The position numbers and the translations under genes were made by a program. Below are positions 1 to 9,200 of a stretch of DNA of 31,392 nucleotides, piece after piece. The notes beneath the pieces were generated by a model, which ran no database searches, was not told the DNA's origin, and saw only the letters and a list, made by a program, of their open reading frames with translations. The stretch is from Promethearchaeia archaeon (GTDB lineage: Archaea > Asgardarchaeota > Lokiarchaeia > Sigyniarchaeales > SOKP01), in NCBI GenBank assembly GCA_029856145.1, contig JAHQWK010000018.1, positions 1 through 31,392 on the forward strand. The letters are read 5' to 3'. Every line of letters starts with the position of its first letter. The first letter of the stretch is position 1.

Positions 1-137
1 TTCTGAGCTTCTATTCTGTTCTCCTTAAAAAATTTAGTCCAAATAGGATCTTCTTTAAAGGCATCTGCTAGTACTTCCGCAGCTTTTTTAATATCCGTTT
101 TCTGTACTTTATACAGATCATCTAAATCATTATTCAT
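1..137 (-). CDS. GNAT-family N-acetyltransferase, 5' part (runs off the window edge)
   Basis: Manual translation from ATG at 137: MNNDLDDLYKVQKTDIKKAAEVLADAFKEDPIWTKFFKENRIEAQ. The pattern D(I)xxAAxVLAxAFxxDP is a typical GNAT N-terminus. The frame is open to the window end. Confidence 0.7.
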   Translation of the reverse strand, partial: MNNDLDDLYKVQKTDIKKAAEVLADAFKEDPIWTKFFKENRIEAQ

Positions 138-455
138 ATAATAATTTAAAAAAAATTCAATTATAATAAATTTGGAGACCAGTATTTAACTTAACATTTT
201 CCATGGAATTTTCATTGAAATCAGGCTCTGAATTTACCTTTAACGAAATTCCGAATCATATAATTGATATGGATATTTAAAGAATAATCATCGTTTCACG
301 ATCAATTGGGGAAAAAAATGCTTAGTTGATAAATAGCTATATTTATAAAAGAAAACATCAATAAATGATTTACTTAAAGATTAGATATTAATTTTTTAGA
401 CAAAATGAAATGAAATCGGATTTGAGGAGAGTTAAACTAAATCGGATAAGAGGCG

Positions 456-959
456 ATTATAATTCCTAAGGCAGTAAAAGATAAATGTCGAAAATGTGGA
501 GCAAAAGTATCTCCCGGTTATGATTTTTGCCTTTCATGTGGCACAAAATTCAGTGAGATCCCACCTACTACAAAAGAGAGGGAGAGTGAGAGTATTCTAG
601 GCACTGTTTCAGTTGCTGGTTCAATCGCTAGTGGTGTTGGTGAAATTGCTAAGCCTATAGCTGATTTGTGCTTCATTGCTACAGCAGCATATGGCTCTCA
701 TTTGTCTCCTCAAGTGGCATTTCTAAGATACGTTCGAGATAAAAAATTAAAACAATAAAGGTTAGGAAATCTATGTGTTAATCGATTCGAATGGCTTTAT
801 TATAAATTCAGTCCAGATGTTGCGAAGGTTATGTACAGATATCCTTTCTTCAAACGAATAATGAAATGGTTATTAGTAACTCCTATTGTATATTTCTTAA
901 TGAGCATTTTTAAACCGACAGATTCTATCCGTAAAAAGATCCAAAAAATCATCTATTAA
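456..959 (+). pseudogene. Zinc-ribbon + CFI-box-CTERM domain protein interrupted by an in-frame TAA (756-758)
   Basis: One frame reads IIIPKAVKDKCRKCGAKVSPGYDFCLSCGTKF...DLCFIATAAYGSHLSPQVAFLRYVRDKKLKQ*RLGNLCVNRFEWLYYKFSPDVAKVMYRYPFFKRIMKWLLVTPIVYFLMSIF...IIY*. The CFIATAAYGS...LR..RD..L....G......YY..SP..A motif continues across the stop. There is no ATG/GTG/TTG between the upstream TAA (447-449) and the zinc ribbon. Confidence 0.8.
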
Positions 960-1129
960 TAATTCTATTAACGTTAGGATAATTAAACCAGATATATATT
1001 TTAAAAAATTTATTAAACTCTTGAATTCAGAATTATTCTGATATTTTGATTATTTTAGGATAAAAACCCATCTAAAATCTCAAAATAATAAAATTTAATT
1101 ATTTGGGAGTGTTTTTATCATATATATTT

Positions 1130-1230
1130 GGGCCTATGGATTAGTGGAAATCACTAGCTTTTCGCTCGTTTCACTATAGATCGTTCCCTTGGCATGGGAA
1201 AGGCCGCGGGTTCAATTCCCGCTAGGTCCA
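1130..1230 (+). tRNA. tRNA-Ala(GGC) with a 29-nt intron in the D-loop (1149-1177, position 20/21)
   Basis: Acceptor stem GGGCCTA/TAGGTCC with the G3:U70 Ala identity pair and discriminator A1230. D stem GATT/GATC. Anticodon stem TTCCC/GGGAA with GGC at 1191-1193. T arm GCGGG-TTCAATT-CCCGC. Removing 1149-1177 gives a 72-nt cloverleaf. CCA is not encoded. Confidence 0.95.
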
Positions 1231-1668
1231 TTATCAATTCTTATTATAGGTAATCTTTCTCTAAGAAAATCAATGAATCTTGTATTTTAGTTAAGATCTA
1301 AAAAAATTATCCCCAGTTTTATTATGTAGTCCATATTAGGGGGAAAAAGAAAAAAAGAGAAAATCATAGTATTACTTCTAAAAACTCGTTTCTTATCTTG
1401 TTTAATACCAAACTTTCACCATCAAACTTCCACCATTAAGAAAAAAAGAAAATGAATTAATAATAATTCCGTTTCCTTGGTAGTGTGAATTAGTAATTAT
1501 CCCGCATTTCATTTTGTCATCATAAAAAATAGATAATATATTCAAGTTTCAGAATGAATAAAATGTCCATTAGAAGATTTTATTCACATTTGTTTAATTA
1601 AAAAATTGAGTTGAAATTTCTTAAAAAATGTAAAATATTTAAAAATAAAAAAAAAGAATAAAGTATAA

Positions 1669-4600
1669 TTATTTTCTCTTTCTCCGTACTACGACAATTA
1701 CTACTACTGCTGCTATACTTATAGCTGTAATAGCTGCGATTGCTATTATAGGTAAAAGAATGTCAGGTGGAGATGGATAATATTTGAATGGAGCATTCGT
1801 AGCTAAAAGACACATTACATATTCTCCAATAGCATATGCGAAAGTACCATTTACTAGAAACCCTGTGCTTTTCTCATACCAAGCTATACCTTCTGGATTA
1901 AACATATCTTCTAGTACCCAGACATCAATTTTCCCATATCCTTGTAAATTATGGACTGACTCATTAGATACTTTAAATATATGTTCTCCCTCTTCATCTA
2001 CCGCTATTGAGATTTCATCACCAATTGAAATATTAGTAAATATCCATAAGGGGGTGCGTATTCCTGAGCCAAAAGCAAAACCCCCAAAAACACTGGACAT
2101 GATTCGTGTTTGACTAAATACATCCCATTGGCCTGTTTGCAAAGGAGTACCTCCGTCATGGTAGAAATAATCGAGATGAAACATTCCCTCAGAAAGATAT
2201 GAATATGAGTAGTCCATAGAATTAGTGTCACCAAATATAGCAAAAGAATAGTCAAGGGTCAAGCCGTCAAAAATATTAATCTTTTTAATAGGGACTAATT
2301 TTTCTACAATATTATTAGCAATATAAGGTTCAATTGGTAAATAGGGTACTGAGGCCTTAAGAGTATAATCACCATACTCCGTAGGAGTCCATTGGTAATT
2401 TATTGTGACAGTTTCGCCAACAAGAAGACTTGGGATAGATTCGGAACCAACTATTATTTCACCTAGATATAGGTATAAACCAACACTGTATTCATCATAG
2501 ATACCTTTATTTGTAACATTCGTATTAATCATATAATCATTATTTGGTTGAGCAAAACTAGGAACGTCTAAAGAAACCTCTAAATCGTGCTCTAAAGATC
2601 CCCACCATGGAGTAAATAATAGCGCAAAATTATCAGTTAAACTATCTAAGTTCTGATAGGAGTTATAGTATCTATTATCTACCCCTAAATTTAATCCACA
2701 AGTGTATCCTCCCGCAGTATAATCGAGATAATCATAATTAAAGATAATTTCTCCAGTTTCATACAATATTACTTCGAAGGATCCGACTAAACTTCCACCA
2801 AAGTGGTAAATATTTAACCATTCTGCAACCCAATATGTATCAAATGATTGAACAAACACATTTACACCAGCAGGATTTAAGTCATCCCAGAATGGTGCGA
2901 TTAAATAATAATGACCCGTATCATCTGAAGGAATAGGTTCATTAAAATATTCAATTGGTGATAAATCAATAAAGCTAAGATATCCATTCGAGCCTAAATA
3001 TATTGTTGAAAACGTCTCATTATAAAAAGTAAAGTCAAAAGGCAATGCAATAGCAGCACTGGAGTCATCTCCTAATGATAATTCAGTTCCTCCAGAAGCA
3101 TCGACCCAACTATATGGAGCACTTACGGTCATAGTATAATTCATATTAGGGTGGAGATTAACTTGCTTTTCCCTATAATTATTTACCGTAAAAGACTCTC
3201 CGGGTAATGAAGGGGTATAAGCAGTGATATTATAAATCTTATATCTTGTTGGAGTCCATAGATAATTAATAATTAATTCTTGATCAACATTAAAAGTAGA
3301 AATCACGTCTGAATCAACAAGTACATCATCAATATACAAATATAAATTGACATTTGTCTCAGTAAATAAACCATTATTTAATACTGTCGCATTAATAATA
3401 TATGATCCATAAATATCTGGACTATCTGGAAGTTCGAGTGAGACATGCAAATCATGATCTAATATTGGATAAGATATAGTAGCATCTCCTTCACCAGAAA
3501 TAACTTTTGCAATCAAATAATATTTACCTGTTTCTGTTGCAGTGTATACGATTACCTCATCTTCTCCTGTATTAGGTGATATACTTTTTGCTAACATTAC
3601 TGGCTCTCCTATTGACGATGGAGTACTGTTATATAGATGCAAATCGAAATCAGCCCCAACTGGTACATCTAATGTAAAAATATATGTTTCTCCTTCGATA
3701 AGGTTCACATAGCACCCTAATGCATGTTTACTAAAAGAATCAATAGAACTTGAGGTTAAATATGCAGTCGTATCTGATCCTAACGTTAATTGGTGTGTAT
3801 ATGCTTCTATAGCAGCATCAACATTTAATCGACCATAACCTTCATGCGTATCTTTCCCCCCGCGATTGAGTAGAGGAGAAAAATAAACACTAGAATGTTC
3901 TCTTATTAATGGATATGTTTCAGTAGCAGACATCAAGAGCAAAGATTTAACACTTTTAGCTTCTTCAGGAGTATAGCCCCAAATCTGATGGCCACCCATG
4001 GCATCAATGACTAGATTTGATGCACCCGCAACAGCAGGAGCTGACATTGAAGTTCCTTGTGCGCCATATAAATCATTATAATAAGAATCTGGAGAATACG
4101 CACCTTCTGCATCATTATAATTAGTATCTGCCGAAAACATTTGTAAATTATTAAAGCTACCTCCTGGAGCAGTAATATCGGGTTTACTTGTGAGACCCGT
4201 ATATGAATCTCCACCTTGGCTACTATAATCTGTAATTTCATCATCGATATTCATAGCAGCTACAGTTATTACATTATCAGCATCTCCGGGGGAACCAATC
4301 AAATTTCCTCCATGACCATCGTTTCCTGCGGATACCACAGTTACAATTCCATATTCAACAGCGTTATTTACCGCAGTAATCAAACCTGTATCTCCCGGTC
4401 CGCCTCCTAGACTCAAAGAAATAGTAGTAATATTGTATACCATTCTATTAGTTATTGCCCAATTAATACCATTGATTATATCAGAGCTCCAACCACCACC
4501 ATGTTGATCCAAAACTTTTATTCCCACCAAACGGGCATCAGGAGCAACTCCCTGCCATGGATCGCCACTCCCATAAAGGAGAGGATCAAAAGGCCAGTGA

Positions 4601-5832
4601 ATTTCATTTCTAAATCTTAAATTAAAATCAGTACAATATCCATCTCCAGTATTATCTAATATATTGAGTGCAAATCTAAAAGAATAATCTCCAAGAGAAC
4701 CGCTAGTAACTGTATAAGATAATGTATGTGTCCAAGAATCAGAATTGTCAACATAAGATTCTACTAGGGTATTTTCATGATAGAGATAAGCCCAAAAGTC
4801 AGCATCATCTGAACCAGGTGTAAAATCATCAAATTCACAATTCATTTCAATCACACCAGGAGTATCAACTCTAAATCGTGTCCAATTCAAACTAAGTACT
4901 TGTTCAGGGAGGTTATATCCTGTGTAATCAAAACTATAAGCCGCTGTAGCTACAGAACGATTATTTCCATCATATGAAGGACTTCCTATTCCTGCTGCAA
5001 TTCCACCACAGTGTGAGCCATGACCGTTATCATCATATGGGCTCGGGGATGAACTAACCTCATCACGCCATCCAACAATTTTATAGCTAGAATCACCATC
5101 AGAATAACCTGGGATAAAGAAATTATGTGAATCATCAATTCCAGTATCAATTATTGCGATAGAGCTATATTCATCTCCGTTATAAGAAAGAGTATCCCAA
5201 ACATAAGGTCTAAGATTCATATTTCGGGAAGTATAATACAGATTTGCATGATATATTCTATCTTCTTCAATTAAGAAAGGTATATCCTTTTCTCTTAAGT
5301 TGTCACAGAATTTATTTAGATCTGTATAATCTATACTTCCAGCAAAACCATTAATTGCGACTGTATATTTATTTTTGATTATTCCTCCCAAATCTTCAAA
5401 AAGAAATGAGCAGTATTCATAATCTCCATCAGGAAAAGAAATAATTATAGGAATAGCATCACTAGTAATTAGTAAATTATTAATATTTTTTTCCTTATTA
5501 GGAAAATCAAAAGAATTTTCATTTGGCAATGAAATTGAATCATCTTCCAAACTTTCTTTAATAAAACCAAATTCAGATAAATATTTTAATCTAGTTTCAA
5601 AATAGTCATTAATTCCATTAGTATTTTTATCAACATCTGAAATTAATCCTTCCCATTCATTATTTTCGTTTTTGTTTAGCTGATATTCTTCAAAAGGTAC
5701 TTTTTGTAAATCCGAATTGCTTACTGATTTTTCGAATAAATTAATTGAAGTAGTCGCTATTGGAGAAAAAAGCAACAATATTAACAATAGCAAAAAAAAC
5801 TTAGACTTGTTTTTAGATTTCAGTTTATGCAT
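1669..5832 (-). CDS. Membrane-anchored S8 subtilisin-like serine protease with PPC-like, CARDB/Ig-like and NIDO-like domains
   Basis: Signal peptide. Catalytic motifs IIDTG, HGSHCGG, SAGN and GTSMSAP. PPC-like ADFDLHLY segment. Two HDLxVSL...INATVxNxG CARDB-like repeats. NIDO-like LPFDFTFY...SNGYLSF...IAPFWDDL. C-terminal hydrophobic helix followed by RRKRK. Confidence 0.92.
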   Translation of the reverse strand: MHKLKSKNKSKFFLLLLILLLFSPIATTSINLFEKSVSNSDLQKVPFEEYQLNKNENNEWEGLISDVDKNTNGINDYFETRLKYLSEFGFIKESLEDDSISLPNENSFDFPNKEKNINNLLITSDAIPIIISFPDGDYEYCSFLFEDLGGIIKNKYTVAINGFAGSIDYTDLNKFCDNLREKDIPFLIEEDRIYHANLYYTSRNMNLRPYVWDTLSYNGDEYSSIAIIDTGIDDSHNFFIPGYSDGDSSYKIVGWRDEVSSSPSPYDDNGHGSHCGGIAAGIGSPSYDGNNRSVATAAYSFDYTGYNLPEQVLSLNWTRFRVDTPGVIEMNCEFDDFTPGSDDADFWAYLYHENTLVESYVDNSDSWTHTLSYTVTSGSLGDYSFRFALNILDNTGDGYCTDFNLRFRNEIHWPFDPLLYGSGDPWQGVAPDARLVGIKVLDQHGGGWSSDIINGINWAITNRMVYNITTISLSLGGGPGDTGLITAVNNAVEYGIVTVVSAGNDGHGGNLIGSPGDADNVITVAAMNIDDEITDYSSQGGDSYTGLTSKPDITAPGGSFNNLQMFSADTNYNDAEGAYSPDSYYNDLYGAQGTSMSAPAVAGASNLVIDAMGGHQIWGYTPEEAKSVKSLLLMSATETYPLIREHSSVYFSPLLNRGGKDTHEGYGRLNVDAAIEAYTHQLTLGSDTTAYLTSSSIDSFSKHALGCYVNLIEGETYIFTLDVPVGADFDLHLYNSTPSSIGEPVMLAKSISPNTGEDEVIVYTATETGKYYLIAKVISGEGDATISYPILDHDLHVSLELPDSPDIYGSYIINATVLNNGLFTETNVNLYLYIDDVLVDSDVISTFNVDQELIINYLWTPTRYKIYNITAYTPSLPGESFTVNNYREKQVNLHPNMNYTMTVSAPYSWVDASGGTELSLGDDSSAAIALPFDFTFYNETFSTIYLGSNGYLSFIDLSPIEYFNEPIPSDDTGHYYLIAPFWDDLNPAGVNVFVQSFDTYWVAEWLNIYHFGGSLVGSFEVILYETGEIIFNYDYLDYTAGGYTCGLNLGVDNRYYNSYQNLDSLTDNFALLFTPWWGSLEHDLEVSLDVPSFAQPNNDYMINTNVTNKGIYDEYSVGLYLYLGEIIVGSESIPSLLVGETVTINYQWTPTEYGDYTLKASVPYLPIEPYIANNIVEKLVPIKKINIFDGLTLDYSFAIFGDTNSMDYSYSYLSEGMFHLDYFYHDGGTPLQTGQWDVFSQTRIMSSVFGGFAFGSGIRTPLWIFTNISIGDEISIAVDEEGEHIFKVSNESVHNLQGYGKIDVWVLEDMFNPEGIAWYEKSTGFLVNGTFAYAIGEYVMCLLATNAPFKYYPSPPDILLPIIAIAAITAISIAAVVVIVVVRRKRK

Positions 5833-6232
5833 TTAGAATATTCGCCTATATTTTATTTATAAATTTTTTTTTTAAAATATAATATTTAGAATTGTTATGT
5901 GACTATTTATACTTTTTTGTAGCTACCTATTTACATTTTGGTAAAAGCCAATCAAGTAGGCATATTTTTTGTCTAAAATCTTGAACTTCTGACGATTTAA
6001 TTGATTAAATTCTAAGAAGCACGATTTCCAAGAAATTTGATTAATAATTTTTTAATGGAGGCTCATATAATTGAATAAAGGTGGTCTTTTTACATTTAGG
6101 ACGAAAAAAAGCCTTATTATCTTATTTTAAAATCTTAAATCAATAATTCTACAAAAGTAGAATCAATAATTTTTTAATAAATTCTTTTTTTAAGGTATTA
6201 AAAGAAATATAAAATAACTACTATATTTTGTA

Positions 6233-9200
6233 TTGCCTATGAAAAGATTAAAAAAAAAATCTAATCTATTAATCATTGGACTAATTTTTGTCAGTTATTT
6301 TGTAATTCCGTCTACTGGAATACAATTAAATTATTCTAATAGTTATAATCAAGCAGAGAAAGATACAATTAAGTTAGAATCTTTACCTTCCTCTCTAACT
6401 TCGAAAACTAGTACAAGTAATATTAATTTAGAAAGTTATTCCAAATACAAGTATTCTAAGTTTGATAATGATCTAAATGAATATTTAACAAATCTAACTT
6501 TAAATCAAAATGAAAACCTAGAATATATACAAATTATTGTTCTATTTGAGGATTTCGTTAGTAAAGAAGAACGTATTGAAATTTTGGATTCCATATTTGA
6601 TGATTATAAATTTGTAAGAAATTATGATATAATACCTGGGACTTACATAAAAATCAATCCTAGTCAACTGATTACTAATGAGCATGTAATAGATGGTATA
6701 GAATCAATAAAAAAGATCTATAAATCTAAATTTTATCAAAATCCTTATATATTAGAGGAAAATCCTCAAACTAGTGCTTTAAGTTCTGAAGATTATTCTA
6801 ATTGGTGGGTTTCTGCGGTCGGAGCAGAAAATCTATCTTACGATGGATCAGGTGTGAAAGTAGCTGTAATTGATACTGGAATATACAATCATCCTGATTT
6901 GAATATAATAAATAATAGTAATTTTGTAACTGATGAGAGCCAATTAGACTATAATGATGATGTTGGCCATGGTACTCATGTAGGGGGGATTATTGCTGGT
7001 GATGGAGGAGGATCCTCAGGTCAATATCGTGGTATAGCGCCCGGTACTCTCTTAATTAATGCAAGAGCCGGAAATGCAAGTGGACTAGATGAATTTGATA
7101 TAGTAAGTGCTATTGAATGGAGTTCTGCGCCAACAGGCTCAATGGGTGCGGGGGCAGATATCATTTCAATGAGTTTTGGTGGAGGGTATCCAATTATTTC
7201 GGATTTAATAACTCATGCGATTTCGACAGCAAGAGATCTTTGGGGCGTTATTTTTGTATCATCAGCAGGTAATTCTGGTCCAGAATATTTTTCAGGGTCC
7301 ACTCCTGCCTCTGGTGTTGATGTTATTGCTGTAGGTGCAACGGATAAAAATGATGAGTTAGCTTCATTTAGTAGTTGGGGGCCTAGTTATAGATATTTAG
7401 GGTATCCTGATGTAGTTGCTCCTGGAGTAAATATAATTTCTACAGATGCACCAAATTCCATTATTTCAAAAGAACAGCATTATATAGGAGATTTTTTCAA
7501 TTTTCCTGCTGATGCAGATTATATCCCTCTTAGTGGAACGAGTATGTCTTGTCCTGTTGTTGCTGGGGCATTAGCAATTTTATTAGACGCTTATCCTAAC
7601 ATATCTCCTGAAACTGCTAGAATTGCTTTAATAGAAGGATCAAGAAAACTCTCTAATGAAAATGATGATGATTTTCTTAAATCTGGAGCAGGAATAATAA
7701 ATGTGAGTGCTTCTCTTGATTACTTGAATTATCTAAATGATACAATACCGGATATTAATGATATAATAAAACTTTATCCTGACGAGCTTCCGGTTAAACC
7801 ATATGATTTATTAAACTTTCCAGGAGATCACCAAAAATTTAATTTAACTGTAATTTCAGGTAACAATACAACCTATGACGTTGAAATTCCTAATAATATA
7901 CAAGGAGTAGCAATTTCATTTGATAAGTTCCCCTCTCCATTTTCTGAATCTGGAATAAGTTTTTTGGAATTGGAGATTGAAATTAATAAGGACGCTTTAC
8001 CGGGGATAAGAAATTTCCAAATTAACCTAACAGTTGGAGGGCAAATTTATGATAGTGTTAATATTCTATTGGATATTCGATTACCAGAATACCGGATACT
8101 AATGGAATCATATCATGGTTTAAATGATTGGTTTCCAGAGCTTTCAAAATTCTATCAAATGGGTTTTTATGAAGCTATGGCAGATTTTTCTGAATTAAAT
8201 ATATCAATTGACTATGATATGGAATATTGGACTCCGGATTATAATAAGAATTTAAATAATTCAATTTTAACAGAGGAAAGATTAGCTCAATATGATACAA
8301 TATTACTGCAAAACCCTATATTGCCTTATAGTACTTTAGAAATAAAAAATTTAAAGAACTACTTTGAAGATGGGGGTAATTTATTCTTTTTAGGAACTCG
8401 TTATCAAGATTTAGTTACGGAAAATATAAATTATTTATTCTCAAAATTAGGCATAGATATTCAAATTAATGAAGAAAATGTTATGGATGATAATTGGTTA
8501 GGGATAGGAACAAGTGTGAGTTCCCAAAATATAAGCGATTTTGATAATCCAAAACTATTTGATGGTGTTAACAACGTTTTTTGGCAATATGGTAATAGCT
8601 TTACTGTTTCGGGTAATGCCGAGTCAATTGCAACAATTAATAATAAAACAGTAGTTGCTTTATACAATGGAACTTCTCACGGAAAAGGAAACTTAGTAGC
8701 TTTTGGAGATTTACATTGGCTTTATTATGATTATCAATCAACATCCCATACTCAAGACCATATTAATTTACTTAACAATCTTATGGAATTCTTCTTACCA
8801 AAAGAGGAAGTGTCCATTAATATTAATTTAAAAAGAGATCGTATTTCCAATTCAAAAATCGATTTATCCATATATTTAAAGGACCAAAATTCTGAATCTC
8901 CAATAACTCCCTTTGATTATGATTCATTAAAGGTAATTATTAAAAATTCTACCTTTTCAAAATCAATCATATTAAATGCAACATTCTCAGATAATGGAAT
9001 ATATTTCAATAATTCATATAATCTACCCCATCCAAGTTATTCACCTTATATTATTGAAGTAAATCTAACAATTGGTTCAAATGAATATAGTAAAATTTCT
9101 AAAATTCTCTATTTTGACAAAATTGAAGTGCCGCAGATCGTCGATTTATCGAGTGATGATACAGATATAACGAGAGCTCCTGGAGATTCAACAGATTTAA

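Noticed and set aside
405-469. Short ORF MKSDLRRVKLNRIRGDYNS (ATG 410) as a leader peptide or frameshifted start of the zinc-ribbon gene
   Set aside because: It is only 19 codons, in a different frame, with no slippery site or other support. It cannot be fully excluded.
756-758. In-frame stop as a selenocysteine/pyrrolysine or recoded codon
   Set aside because: It is TAA, not TGA or TAG, and TAA is the normal stop for most genes in the window.
1200-1668. tRNA 3' end as the integration site of an island
   Set aside because: I saw no integrase, no second copy of the tRNA 3' end and no obvious compositional shift in the window.
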